Position numbers and translations under genes: made by a program
The notes under the pieces: generated by a model
Told to the model about the DNA's origin: nothing
The model's database searches: none
The model's input: the letters and a program-made list of their open reading frames with translations, nothing else
NCBI GenBank assembly: GCA_023266625.1
Contig: JAHFPT010000029.1
Coordinates: forward strand, 1-56,270
DNA from: Novosphingobium sp.
GTDB lineage: Bacteria; Pseudomonadota; Alphaproteobacteria; Sphingomonadales; Sphingomonadaceae
Length of the DNA stretch: 56,270 bases
Direction of reading: 5' to 3'
Shown: piece after piece, positions 41,320 through 51,538 of the stretch
How positions within the stretch are numbered: the stretch's first letter is position 1
Layout: each line of letters begins with the position of its first letter

Positions 41320-41951
41320 GCTGGCGTACGATCATGAGGGGGGGGCGGCAGCCTGGCATCGGGCGCGCGGCCATAGGCGGGGCGGACTTCGCTGGTCAGC
41401 GCCACCTTCGGCAGCAAAGCAAATGCCCTGGCATCGGGCAGCAGCGCCAGCGCTTCGCCATGTCCGCGCAAGTCGACCAGCGTCTGCGCCTGGTTGCCTG
41501 TGATCAGCACCTCAGCAATGGTGCTGGCGGCATCGGCCGGTTTGCGCGACGCCACTGCGCCAGCCGCCTGACCCTGGCCATCGAAGCGCTGGACGAACCA
41601 TTCACCATGACCGCCGTTGGTGACGACCGCGAGCGGGCAGGGTCCGCGCGCTTGCCAAGCCATGGCGGCAATCAGCGCCAAAGTTGGATAGCCGACAAGT
41701 TCTGCATTCCAGGCAAATGCCAGCGCCCGTGCTGCTGCCAGCCCTACGCGTACGCCAGTGAAGCTGCCCGGCCCCATTGCCACGGCAATCCGCTGCGCCC
41801 GGCCCCGGTCTGGCAGGGCAGCGATCATCGGCACCAGCAGTTCGGCATGGCCGCGCCCCAGCAGGCGGAAGTCTCCAGCGATGCGATCTTCGCCGTCGAA
41901 CAGCGCCACCGAACAGGCCTCGGTTGCGCAATCGATCGCCAGGGTCAGCAT
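41316..41951 (-). CDS. tsaB: t6A biosynthesis protein TsaB
   Basis: LAIDCAT..CSVAL, GHAELL, GPGSFTGVRVG. Confidence 0.95.
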   Translation of the reverse strand: MLTLAIDCATEACSVALFDGEDRIAGDFRLLGRGHAELLVPMIAALPDRGRAQRIAVAMGPGSFTGVRVGLAAARALAFAWNAELVGYPTLALIAAMAWQARGPCPLAVVTNGGHGEWFVQRFDGQGQAAGAVASRKPADAASTIAEVLITGNQAQTLVDLRGHGEALALLPDARAFALLPKVALTSEVRPAYGRAPDARLPPPPHDRTPA

Positions 41952-41970
41952 CGAGCCTTGCTCCGCTCAC

Positions 41971-42564
41971 TCAGACGATTGTGTTGAATGTATCGAAGTC
42001 CGGGCGCGGCAACCTTTCGGAAATTGTCGACGGATCGCCGTAACCGAGTGTTGAAATGAAGTTTGACTTCACATTGGGGGCGTCGGCGAAAAATTCGGCA
42101 TCGACCGCAGCATTATCGAAGCCCGACATCGGCCCGGCATCGAGTCCCAGTGCGCGCACCGCCATTATGAAATAGGCACCCTGCAGCGATGAATTTCGCA
42201 GTGCCATCACCTCGTGGTCCGGCCGGCCGGCGAAAAACTCCCCGATTTCAGGCATTGGCGGGAACAGCCAAGGTATGTTGTCCTGAAATTTCATGTCGGT
42301 GCCGATAATCACGATAACCGGAGCCTGCTGAATCTTTAGGGCATTGGCCTTGGTAGCTGTGGCGGCGAGCTTTTCCCTGGCGTCCCGGCTAACGCACCAG
42401 ATCAGCCGTGCGGGCAGCATATTGGCCGACGTCGGGCCGAACTTCAGCAGATCCCAGATCGCATGCAGTTGCCCGGCGGCAACTGGCTTGTCGAGATAGC
42501 CGTTGTAGCTCCGTGCCGTGCGAAACAATTGATCGAGGGCGTCGTCGGATAATGGTTGGGACAT
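41971..42564 (-). CDS. Nitroreductase family, RutE/malonic semialdehyde reductase-like
   Basis: LFRTARSYN, GPTSAN, RNSSLQGAY, GLDAGPMSGFD. Confidence 0.9.
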   Translation of the reverse strand: MSQPLSDDALDQLFRTARSYNGYLDKPVAAGQLHAIWDLLKFGPTSANMLPARLIWCVSRDAREKLAATATKANALKIQQAPVIVIIGTDMKFQDNIPWLFPPMPEIGEFFAGRPDHEVMALRNSSLQGAYFIMAVRALGLDAGPMSGFDNAAVDAEFFADAPNVKSNFISTLGYGDPSTISERLPRPDFDTFNTIV

Positions 42565-42582
42565 GGGCTTCGGGCGGCGGCT

Positions 42583-43158
42583 TCAGGCAGCGCGGACTTC
42601 AGTGACCTCGGGGACATAATGCTTGAGCAGCCCCTCGATCCCCTGCTTGAGCGTTGCCGAGGAGGATGGGCAGCCCGAGCAGGAACCCTGCATCTGCAAA
42701 TAGACCACGCCTTCGCGGAAGCCCCGGTAAACGATATCGCCGCCATCATTGGCCACTGCCGGGCGCACGCGCTCCTCGATCAGTTCCTTGATCTGCGTGA
42801 CGATATCGGCATCGGCCGGATCTTCGCCGTAGTCCGCATCCTCACCCGGCACCGAAATGCCGCTGGCGTCGGGCCCTGCGAACAAAGGTGCGCTCGAGAC
42901 AAAATGATCGAGCAGCAAGGACACCACCTGCCCCTTGAGCGCGCTCCAGTCGACGCCCGGTGCAGCCGTCACCGAGATGAAATCGCGTCCGAAGAAGACA
43001 CCGGTGACATCGCCGAGGGTGAATAATGCTTCGGCCAGCGGCGAGGCGGCGGCTTCGACCTCATTGGTGAACTCGCGGGTGCCGGAGGCCATGACTGCCT
43101 CTCCCGGGAGAAATTTGAGCGTTGCCGGGTTCGGCGTGGTTTCGGTCTCGATGTACAT
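42583..43158 (-). CDS. NifU/Nfu family Fe-S carrier
   Basis: TPNPATLKF, RPAVANDGGDI, GSCSGCPSS. Confidence 0.95.
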   Translation of the reverse strand: MYIETETTPNPATLKFLPGEAVMASGTREFTNEVEAAASPLAEALFTLGDVTGVFFGRDFISVTAAPGVDWSALKGQVVSLLLDHFVSSAPLFAGPDASGISVPGEDADYGEDPADADIVTQIKELIEERVRPAVANDGGDIVYRGFREGVVYLQMQGSCSGCPSSSATLKQGIEGLLKHYVPEVTEVRAA

Positions 43159-43209
43159 CGCAAAACCATGTAGGCTGTGATGTCGGCGGGTCAAGGGGCG
43201 GTGCTCGAG

Positions 43210-43280
43210 CAAAAATGCTGCAAACGCGAACAAAACTTGCATAAGCGCCGGAATTCCTTATGTGTATCGCAGCATTTTTG
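43210..43280. promoter_or_regulatory. 12-bp inverted repeat upstream of phaC (possible PhaR sites)
   Basis: CAAAAATGCTGC (43210-43221) and GCAGCATTTTTG (43269-43280), 47-bp spacer. Confidence 0.5.
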
Positions 43281-43300
43281 ATGGGCGAGAGGAACAGCCG

Positions 43301-44944
43301 ATGCCAAAGAATGAGCAACTGACCTCGGATCAGCCGCAGGATGCCGCTTCCGGTTTCTTCGGGTCGGAAGGGCTCTTCGCCACGCTGCTGCGCAATATCG
43401 ATCCGCGCACCATGGTTGAGCAGAGCATGGACCTGACCAAGGCCATGTTCGCGATCGCCACCGGCACGTCCGAGATTGCCCCCGATCCGCGGGATGCGCG
43501 CTTCAAGGATGAGGCGTGGAGCAAGAACCCGGCATACAAGCTCCTCGCCCAGGCCTATCTGACGATGACCGAAGCAGTCGAAAAGATGATCCCGGACGAT
43601 CTCTCGGTCGAAAACAAGCAGCGCGCGCAGCTTGCCGCCTCGATCGTCACCAGCACCATGTCCCCGACCAACACCTTGCTGGGCAATCCCGCCGCTCTGA
43701 CCAAGACCATTGAGACCGGTGGCAGCAATCTTGTCCGTGGCTTTTCTGCCTTTCTCGATGATCTGAAGAACAACGGCGGCCTGCCCAGTCAGGTCGATGA
43801 TTCGAGCTTTGTGGTTGGCGGCAATCTGGCGATAACGCCGGGCAAAATCGTGCTGCGCCACGAGATGTTCGAGCTGATCCAGTATCAGCCCCCGACCGAG
43901 ACCGTGCATCCGCTGCCGGTGCTGCTGATCCCGCCGCAGATCGGTCGCTATTATTTCACCGACCTTGCTCCCGGCCGCAGCTTCGCCGAATATACCGTCA
44001 GCCAGGGCCTCCAATATTTCGCGATCAGCTGGCGCAACCCGACGCCCGAGCAGAGCGATTGGGGCATGGATGACTATGCCAAGGCGGCGCTGACGGCAAT
44101 CGAGGCGGTGGCCGAGATTACGGCTGCGCCCAAGGTCAATCTCGTCGGTTTCTGCGCAGGCGGCATCACCACGACCATCGTCATGGGCTATCTCGCGGCG
44201 AAAAAGCGCAATCTGATCAATTCGCTGGCGCTATGCGTCACCATGCTCGATTTCAATGTCGATGCCTCGCTCGGTGCCTTCCGCTTTCCGGCGCTGCTCA
44301 GTGTCGCCAAGGCGCAATCGGCGATGAAGGGCATCCTGCCGGGTCAGGATCTGCACAAGATCTTCACCTGGCTGCGCCCGAACGATCTCGTCTGGAACTA
44401 TTGGGTCAACAACTATCTGATGGGCGAAACCCCGCCGGCTTTCGATATCCTTGCGTGGAACAAGGACTCCACCAACATGCCGGCGCGGCTGCACGACGAT
44501 TTCCTCACCATGTTCGAGGAAAATGCCATCGTCCAGCCCGGCAAATATGTAGCGATGGGTGAGGGCGTCGATCTCGGTGCACTGAAATGCGATGCCTTTG
44601 TCGTCGGCGCGGTGACCGACCATCTGACGCCGTGGAAAGCCTGCTACCTCGCGACCAAACACCTCGGCGGCGACTGCACCTTTGCCCTGAGCAACGGCGG
44701 CCACGTCGCCGCTCTGGTCAACCCGCCAGGAAATCCCAAGGCGTATCATTATATTGGACCGGCGACCGCGCCCGATGGCGAAAGCTGGCTGGAGCAATCG
44801 CCCAAGCTGCCCGGCAGCTGGTGGGAAAGCTGGACCAAATGGTGCGGGACACGCAGCGGCAAGCAGATTTCGGCACCCAAGAAGCTCGGTTCGAAAGCCT
44901 TTCCGCCCATTTGCGATGCGCCTGGGGAATATGTCCTGCAATGA
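43301..44944 (+). CDS. phaC: Polyhydroxyalkanoate synthase, class II-like
   Basis: Lipase box GFCAGG, LRPNDLVWNYWVNNYL, DHLTPW, GGHVAALVNPPGNPK, GSWW. ATG 43301 with GAGG SD. Confidence 0.94.
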   Translation: MPKNEQLTSDQPQDAASGFFGSEGLFATLLRNIDPRTMVEQSMDLTKAMFAIATGTSEIAPDPRDARFKDEAWSKNPAYKLLAQAYLTMTEAVEKMIPDDLSVENKQRAQLAASIVTSTMSPTNTLLGNPAALTKTIETGGSNLVRGFSAFLDDLKNNGGLPSQVDDSSFVVGGNLAITPGKIVLRHEMFELIQYQPPTETVHPLPVLLIPPQIGRYYFTDLAPGRSFAEYTVSQGLQYFAISWRNPTPEQSDWGMDDYAKAALTAIEAVAEITAAPKVNLVGFCAGGITTTIVMGYLAAKKRNLINSLALCVTMLDFNVDASLGAFRFPALLSVAKAQSAMKGILPGQDLHKIFTWLRPNDLVWNYWVNNYLMGETPPAFDILAWNKDSTNMPARLHDDFLTMFEENAIVQPGKYVAMGEGVDLGALKCDAFVVGAVTDHLTPWKACYLATKHLGGDCTFALSNGGHVAALVNPPGNPKAYHYIGPATAPDGESWLEQSPKLPGSWWESWTKWCGTRSGKQISAPKKLGSKAFPPICDAPGEYVLQ

Positions 44945-45103
44945 AGCCTTACCGAATCTCGAAATGGAACAGGGGGAAAATTGCAGATTCCAGTTCAGCT
45001 TTGCGAAACAGGTGATACACTGGTGCCAATATAAATCCCGGCGTGGCGATATGGGTTCGCTCCGGCTGGGGAACACGGGACTGTCCGATAAGGGGACATT
45101 TTT

Positions 45104-46429
45104 TTGATTTATCAAGCCTATGAAGCCATGCGTCGTGGCAGTCGCCCGCTGTTCCACCTATTCAATGCCGGTCAAAGGCTCGCCCGCGACGAGAGCAATC
45201 CCTGGCGCGACTCGCTGGCGATGCGCACTTTGGCCACGGCTTGGGAACTCCCGGCCCGCGCGCTCAAGGACTATGTCAAGCCGCGCTATCAGGTCTGGGA
45301 AGAACTCGGCGATCTCGAAATCGGCTTGCAGGAGACGGTGGTCCAGAGCCTGCCCTTTGCCGATCTGCTGCATTTCCCGGTCGATGACGGGCGCGAAAAG
45401 CCCAAGGTGCTGATCGCGGCGGCGCTGTCCGGCCATCATGCGACGCTGCTTCAGGATACGATCCGCGGCTTCGCCCGCGATTTCGACACCTATATCACCG
45501 ACTGGAAAGATGCCCGCCAGGTACCACTGTCCGAAGGCGATTTCGGCTTCGACGACTATGTCTCCTATCTGATCCAGTTCCTTGAGACGCTGGGCCCGAA
45601 CACGCATCTGGTCGCGACCTGCCAGGCGGCACCGCCGGCCATGGTGGCAGTGGCGACGATGGAGGCGCGCAAGTCCAAATTCGTCCCGGCCAGCCTGACG
45701 CTGATGGGCGGGCCGGTCGATACCAGGCTGAGCCCCAACAATGCGCTCAACAAGCTCACCACGACTTTGCCGTTGTCGTTGTTCAAGAAGTTCAATATTC
45801 ACAAGATCCCGCGCGGCTATCCGGGCAGCGGACGCCGGGTTTATCCGGGCTTTTTCCAGCTCGGCGGCTTCATCACCCTCAATCCGATGCCGCACGTCAA
45901 GCAATACAAGAATTTTGTCGTGAACTCGGTGAAGGGCGACGATGAGAGTCTCGAGAAATTCCGTGATTTCTACGACGAATATTTCGCCGTGCTCGATATG
46001 ACCGAGAGCTTCTACGTCGAAACCCTGCAGAAGGTGTTCTTCGAACACCACATCCCGACCGGGCAGATGACCTATCAGGGTGAGCTGGTCGATTTCGGCG
46101 CGATCCGCAAATGTGCGCTGCTGACAGTCGAGGGCGCCAACGACAATTTCTGCCCGCCGACCCAGACCGAAGCCGCTCATGACGTTTGCATCAATATCCC
46201 GGAAGAACGCCGTGGCCATTATCTCCAGCCTGGCGTCGGCCATTACGGCGTGTTTTCGGGATCGAAGTTCCAGGCGGAAATCTATCCGGTGATCCGCGAT
46301 TTCATCCACCACTCGGTTGCCGGGGTATCGAACGGCAAGGCTGCCGTGCCCCCGGAAAAGTCCTTGCGACCCGGCAAGGGTCACCATGCCTTCGAAGGCA
46401 CCGAATTCGTGGATATGCAGCTGGTTTAG
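45104..46429 (+). CDS. phaZ: Intracellular PHA depolymerase
   Basis: SGHHATLL, YITDW, TCQ nucleophile, MGGPVD, RRVYPGF, VGHYGVFSG. TTG start. Confidence 0.92.
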   Translation: MIYQAYEAMRRGSRPLFHLFNAGQRLARDESNPWRDSLAMRTLATAWELPARALKDYVKPRYQVWEELGDLEIGLQETVVQSLPFADLLHFPVDDGREKPKVLIAAALSGHHATLLQDTIRGFARDFDTYITDWKDARQVPLSEGDFGFDDYVSYLIQFLETLGPNTHLVATCQAAPPAMVAVATMEARKSKFVPASLTLMGGPVDTRLSPNNALNKLTTTLPLSLFKKFNIHKIPRGYPGSGRRVYPGFFQLGGFITLNPMPHVKQYKNFVVNSVKGDDESLEKFRDFYDEYFAVLDMTESFYVETLQKVFFEHHIPTGQMTYQGELVDFGAIRKCALLTVEGANDNFCPPTQTEAAHDVCINIPEERRGHYLQPGVGHYGVFSGSKFQAEIYPVIRDFIHHSVAGVSNGKAAVPPEKSLRPGKGHHAFEGTEFVDMQLV

Positions 46430-46539
46430 GCCGCTGGTTTTTGAGAGCCCGATCGTATCGGCTTGCCATGCGCTAGCCGAAAAGGGATAACTTTCGGCAT
46501 CAGGAGTCGGGTGCAGACCCGGCCAGTCGGGAGTTGGCG

Positions 46540-46917
46540 ATGGACATCCATTTCGATAGCCTGTTGGGCATTTCCCGGTGCATCCGCGCACGCGAAACCT
46601 CGTCGGAAGAAGTCACTTCCACGTTGCTTGAGCGGAACGGGCGATACGACGGCAGGCTCCATTCGACACTGCTGGTCATGGCCGACGCGGCGATGGCGCA
46701 CAGGAATGCGGAGATCGCGTCGGGCCAATAGCGCGGGCCGCTGCATGGCGTGCCGATCGGGGTCAAGGATCTGCTGTGGATGAAGGACCTGCCGACCACC
46801 GGCGGGATGGAACTGCTCCGCGATTTCCGCCCCTCGAAGGAAGACGCAACCGTGGTCGAGCGGCTGAAGCAGGCAGGCGCGTGCTGGTCGCCAAGTTGCA
46901 CATGACCGAGGGTGCCG
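46540..46917 (+). pseudogene. Amidase-signature family 5' fragment
   Basis: ..AEIASGQ*RGPLHGVPIGVKDL..DATVVERLKQAGA/VLVAKLHMTEGA. TAG at 46729-46731, 1-nt deletion near 46880, truncated before the GGSS motif. Confidence 0.88.
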
Positions 46918-46918
46918 G

Positions 46919-47113
46919 GGCCATTACCTCCAGCCCGGTGTCGGCCATTACGGTGTGTTTTCAGGTTCGAAATTCTAGGCAGAAATCTATCCGGCGATCC
47001 GCGATTTCATTCACTGTATGCAATAGCGGCAATTACCGCCAGGCTGTAGTAACCGGTGAGTTTGGCGTTTCAGGCAAAGGCATATATGACAGGTTTGTGG
47101 CATGCAGGCGGTT
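46919..47113 (+). pseudogene. Relic second copy of the phaZ 3' end
   Basis: 46919-47014 reads GHYLQPGVGHYGVFSGSKF*AEIYPAIRDFIH, 85/96 nt identical to 46214-46309. Faint similarity continues to about 47113. Confidence 0.9.
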
Positions 47114-47244
47114 GCCAGACCGGCTGATTTGGCTTAAGCTTAATTGCAATAGAGCGAATCGTGTAAAAGCTTTCGCCGGGGCCGCTTTAAGTACAACAGG
47201 CGTCAATTCGGTTTGGTGCCATTACAGTAACAAGGTGGCTGAAC

Positions 47245-48381
47245 ATGAGCATCAAGCGCACACTCGGAAGAATTCTCCGCAACACTGCGGCGGCGGGTGT
47301 GCTGCTGGCGGCAAGCAGCCAGGCACAGGCGGCGCTGATTTTCAATTTCAGCTTCATATCCGGCACAAGCGTGGCGGCGCAGAATGCCTTCATCGCGGCG
47401 GGCAATCGCTGGTCGTCGTTGTTTTCGGACAATGTCACGGTGGCGATGACGGTGGGTACTGCCTCGCTGGGCGCGGGCATTCTCGCCCAGGCGAATTCGA
47501 CCACGCAGAATTTCAGCTATTCCACGTTCAAAAGCGCGCTCACCGTTGACAGCACCAGCGCGAACGATTTCACAGCCGTCGCCAGTCTTGATTCGGGATC
47601 GTCGTTCAACATGCTGATCAACGGCACGTCGGACAATCCCTTCGGGTCGGGATCGGCGACGCCCTATCTCGATGCGGCGGGCGCGAACAACACACAGCTC
47701 GAGTTGACCACCGCCAACGCCAAGGCGCTAGGCCTGAACCCGACGCTGACCGATCTAGGGGGCAACTGCCTGACGCTGTGCGATGGCTTCATCGAGTTCA
47801 GCAACAGCTTTGCCTTCGATTTAGATCCTTCGAACGGCATCGACGCCGGCCAGTACGATTTCATCGCCATCGCCACGCATGAGATTGGCCACTCACTCGG
47901 CTTTGTCAGTGGTGTCGATGTTCTGGATTTCAATTTCGGCCCGTTCACCGCCAATCAATTCACCTTCGTCAGTCCATTGGATATGTTCCGCTATTCGGCG
48001 GCCAGTACCGCAGCTGGCGCCATCGACTGGACCGCAGATAACCGTGCGAAATATTTCTCGATCGATGGCGGCGCAACGGTGGGGACGCTATTTTCGAACG
48101 GGCTAATCCAGGGAGACGGACGCCAGGCGAGCCACTGGAAGGACAGTCTCGGGCTGGGCATCATGGACCCGACCGCTGGTATTGGCGAACTGCTTGCGAT
48201 CGGCAACAACGACCTCACCGCCTTCGACGTGATTGGCTGGAACCTCAATCTGGACCCTAGCGGGGTCCCGGAACCCGCCACCTGGGCGATGATGATCCTG
48301 GGCTTTGGCTTCATCGGTGGCGCAATGCGGCGTGCGAATGCGCGTCAGCTCCTGGGTGCAGCGCGGACGGTGCCTGCCTGA
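47245..48381 (+). CDS. Secreted zinc metalloprotease-like protein with PEPxxWA-CTERM sorting tail (NF038122-like)
   Basis: Signal peptide AQA, HEIGHSLGF, QASHW, GIMDP, VPEPATWAMMILGFGFIGGAMRR. Confidence 0.9.
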   Translation: MSIKRTLGRILRNTAAAGVLLAASSQAQAALIFNFSFISGTSVAAQNAFIAAGNRWSSLFSDNVTVAMTVGTASLGAGILAQANSTTQNFSYSTFKSALTVDSTSANDFTAVASLDSGSSFNMLINGTSDNPFGSGSATPYLDAAGANNTQLELTTANAKALGLNPTLTDLGGNCLTLCDGFIEFSNSFAFDLDPSNGIDAGQYDFIAIATHEIGHSLGFVSGVDVLDFNFGPFTANQFTFVSPLDMFRYSAASTAAGAIDWTADNRAKYFSIDGGATVGTLFSNGLIQGDGRQASHWKDSLGLGIMDPTAGIGELLAIGNNDLTAFDVIGWNLNLDPSGVPEPATWAMMILGFGFIGGAMRRANARQLLGAARTVPA

Positions 48382-48503
48382 ACGCGGGGAATTTTCGCGC
48401 GCTGCATCGTCGCGAAAGTTATCGGATAATGGTCGCCGCGGAAAGCGGCGGGCAAATTGTATTCACTGGCCCTTAAGCCTTGCCGCTTCTATAGCTGCGC
48501 ATC

Positions 48504-51446
48504 ATGGTCCATTTATTTCGCGCCGTCAGGCGTTTCGCATTGCTTCTTCCCCTGTTGCTGCTGGCAAGCCCGCCCGCCCCCTTGCTGGCGAAGCCCGCGC
48601 CAACTGTATGGGCTGCGACGACAATCATTGCGCCAATCACGGCGCAAACCACGGCGCAAACCGATCCCTGGCTCTATCGCGGCAGCGATGTCCCGCACGA
48701 TCCCGACTGGGTGTTTGGCGAGCTGCCCAATGGTCTGCGCTATGCCGTGCGCCGCAATGGCGTGCCGCCCGATCAGGTGTCGATCCGCATCCGCATCGAT
48801 GCCGGCTCGCTCTATGAGAGTGAGAGTGAGCGCGGCTATGCGCATCTCATCGAACATCTGGTGTTCCGCCAGTCGAAATATCTTGGCGAGGCACAGGCGA
48901 TCCCTACCTGGCAGCGGCTGGGTGCCAGCTTCGGCACCGACACCAACGCCGAGACCAGCCCGACCCAGACGGTCTACAAGCTCGATCTGCCCAATGCGAC
49001 GCCCGCCTCGCTGGATGAAAGTTTCAAGCTACTCTCGGGCATGATGATTGCGCCGACATTGTCCGAATCCGATGTCCGTACCGAAGTGCCGATCGTGCTC
49101 GCCGAAAAGCGCGAGCGCGGCGGCGCGAGTGAGCGGGTACAGGATGCCACGCGCGAGACCTTCTATGCCGGGCAGCTGCTCGCCATCCGTTCGCCGATTG
49201 GCACCGAGGCGTCGCTCGAGGGCGCGCATGCCGCCAGTGTGCGCGGGTTCTATAGCCGCTGGTACCGGCCGGATAACGCCGTGATTATCGCGGCAGGCGA
49301 TGCCGATCCGGCGGTGCTGGCAGCTCAGATCGAAAAGTGGTTCGGAAGCTGGCGCGCACCGGGCAAGCCGGTTGCCGCCCCCGGCTTCGGCGATCCGGTT
49401 GCTCCGGCGGGTGCCGTCTCGGCGAACCCGGTGGGCGAAACCAGAGTGCTGGTCGAGCCGGAGCTGCCGCGCGGGGCGAGCTATGCGATCCTGCGGCCCT
49501 GGCGGCAGGTCATCGACAATATCACCTATAATCAGGGGCTGATGATCGATGCACTGTCACAGGCACTGATCAACCGGCGGCTCGAAGCCAAGGCGCGCGC
49601 CGGGGGCAGTTACCTGATGGCCCAGGTGCAGCAGCAGGATGTCAGCCGCTCGGTCGATGGCACCTTTGTCTCGGTAACCCCGCTCAGCGAAGACTGGCAG
49701 GGTGCGCTGCGCGATGTCCGCGCAGTCATTGCCGATGCGCTTGCCGGCCCGCCGACCCAGGAGGAAATCGACCGCGAGGCGGCGGAGATGGAAATCGCCT
49801 ATCAGGTTCCGGCGGAGCAGCAGAAGCTGCTGGCGGGATCGAAAGTCGCCGACGACATGGTGCAGGCGCTCGACATACGTGAGACTGTTGCCGCGCCGGA
49901 TGACGTCTTGCGCATTTTCCAGAGTTCCAAGCCGCTGTTCAAGCCCGATGCGGTGCAAGCCCACACTAGGACGCTGTTCGGCGGTACGGTGACCAGGGCG
50001 ATCCTGGTTACGCCCAAGGCCGGTGAGGCCGATGCGGCGGCGCTGCGCCAGGCGATGGTCGCGCCGATCGCCGCCGATGGCAGCGTGCGGCTTGCCGCCA
50101 AGCCGGTCCGCTTCGACCAACTGCCTCCGATCGGCGCGCCGGGCAAGATAACCAGCCTTGTGCCAACCGGACTGCTGGGCATCGAACAGGTCAATTTCGC
50201 CAATGGTGTCAAGGTATTGATTTGGCCGACCCCCGAGGAGCCGGGGCGAATGAGCGTTAAAGTGCGCTTTGGCGGCGGTTATCGCAGCTTCGGCCCCGGC
50301 GATGCCGCCTATATCGCACTGGGCGATATGGCGCTAGTCGGCTCTGGCGAGGGCACGTTGGGGCAGGAAGAGCTCGACCGCATCTCGACCGGGCGCAAGA
50401 TGGGCTTCGATTTCAAAATCGAAGATACCGGCTTCCAGTTCTCCGCCGACACCCGCGGTGCCGATCTCGCCGATCAGCTCTATCTCTTCGCCGCCAAATT
50501 CGCAGCTCCGCGCTGGGATGTGAACCCGGTGCTGCGCGCCAAGGCTGCGGCGCGGCTGCAATACGATGCTTTCGCCGCATCGCCGCAGGGCGTGCTCGAA
50601 CGCGATCTCAAATATCTCCAGCGCGATTCCGATCCGCGCTATCGTACGCCAAGCCCGGCCGATATAGAGAAGGCCACGCCCGAGGGTTTCCGCCAGCGGT
50701 GGCAGCGGGCATTGGCCAGCGGGCCGATCGAAGTGCAGCTCTATGGCGATTTCGACCGCAATGCGGCGCTCGCCGCGCTGCAGCGGACATTTGGTGCGCT
50801 GCCGCCGCGCAAGCCGTTGCCGCCGGGCACTGCGCCCGCTTCCGCGCGCTTCCCGGCCGCTAATGCCCAGCCGCTGGTGCTGACCCATCGCGGCGATGCC
50901 AATCAGGCGGCCGCAGTGGTCAGCTGGCCGACCGGTGGCGGCATGGCGGGGGTCAGCGAATCGCGCCAGCTTGAGATTCTCTCGCAGCTGTTCACCAACC
51001 GGCTGCTCGACCGCATGCGCGAGAAGCTGGGGGCCAGCTACGCGCCGCAAGTTGCCAACAGCTGGCCACTCGATCTCGACAGCGGCGGCTCGATTTCCGC
51101 CTTCGCGCAGATCCAGCCCGCAGCGACGCCCGCCTTCTTCGCCGCCGCGCAGGAGATCGCCGCCGATCTCATCGCCCGCCCGCCCAGTGCCGACGAGCTG
51201 ACCCGCGTCATCGAGCCACTGCGCCAGCAGATCACACGCGCCACCACCAGTTCGGCATTCTTCATGAACCAGCTTGATGGGGCAACGAGTGAGCCTGCGC
51301 GCTTTGATGCGGTGCGGACCATCCTGACCGATTTCACCCAGACCACCCCCGAGGCGATGCAGGCCCTGGCCAGGAAGTATCTCGATCCGCAGAAGAGCTG
51401 GCGGCTTGCGGTAGTGCCGGAATCGAAAGGCGTCGCCACGAAATAG
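48504..51446 (+). CDS. M16 (insulinase/PqqL-like) zinc peptidase, exported
   Basis: [18 protein letters not shown] (HxxEH), NAETS, WYRPDN. Confidence 0.93.
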   Translation: MVHLFRAVRRFALLLPLLLLASPPAPLLAKPAPTVWAATTIIAPITAQTTAQTDPWLYRGSDVPHDPDWVFGELPNGLRYAVRRNGVPPDQVSIRIRIDAGSLYESESERGYAHLIEHLVFRQSKYLGEAQAIPTWQRLGASFGTDTNAETSPTQTVYKLDLPNATPASLDESFKLLSGMMIAPTLSESDVRTEVPIVLAEKRERGGASERVQDATRETFYAGQLLAIRSPIGTEASLEGAHAASVRGFYSRWYRPDNAVIIAAGDADPAVLAAQIEKWFGSWRAPGKPVAAPGFGDPVAPAGAVSANPVGETRVLVEPELPRGASYAILRPWRQVIDNITYNQGLMIDALSQALINRRLEAKARAGGSYLMAQVQQQDVSRSVDGTFVSVTPLSEDWQGALRDVRAVIADALAGPPTQEEIDREAAEMEIAYQVPAEQQKLLAGSKVADDMVQALDIRETVAAPDDVLRIFQSSKPLFKPDAVQAHTRTLFGGTVTRAILVTPKAGEADAAALRQAMVAPIAADGSVRLAAKPVRFDQLPPIGAPGKITSLVPTGLLGIEQVNFANGVKVLIWPTPEEPGRMSVKVRFGGGYRSFGPGDAAYIALGDMALVGSGEGTLGQEELDRISTGRKMGFDFKIEDTGFQFSADTRGADLADQLYLFAAKFAAPRWDVNPVLRAKAAARLQYDAFAASPQGVLERDLKYLQRDSDPRYRTPSPADIEKATPEGFRQRWQRALASGPIEVQLYGDFDRNAALAALQRTFGALPPRKPLPPGTAPASARFPAANAQPLVLTHRGDANQAAAVVSWPTGGGMAGVSESRQLEILSQLFTNRLLDRMREKLGASYAPQVANSWPLDLDSGGSISAFAQIQPAATPAFFAAAQEIAADLIARPPSADELTRVIEPLRQQITRATTSSAFFMNQLDGATSEPARFDAVRTILTDFTQTTPEAMQALARKYLDPQKSWRLAVVPESKGVATK

Positions 51447-51538
51447 GCACGACGCTGGGAGAGGAGCAGCTGTTCCCACAAACTTTGCATTCCGCCCGCT
51501 CCCCCGCTAAAGGCCCCCGCCTGCAAAGGAGCTTTGAC

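Noticed and set aside
45028-45075. TATAAATCCC..GATATGGG, superficially like a purine riboswitch
   Set aside because: Lacks the TTTCTACC core and matching stems; context unsuitable.
46729-46731. In-frame TAG in the amidase as possible recoding
   Set aside because: Accompanied by a frameshift and truncation, so decay explains it.
47090-47244. sigma54 promoter or enhancer for the PEP-CTERM gene
   Set aside because: TGGC and TTGC words do not have GG-N10-GC spacing; only a partial TGTAAA is present.
46776-47549. 257-aa ORF
   Set aside because: Chance frame crossing two pseudogene fragments and the protease start.
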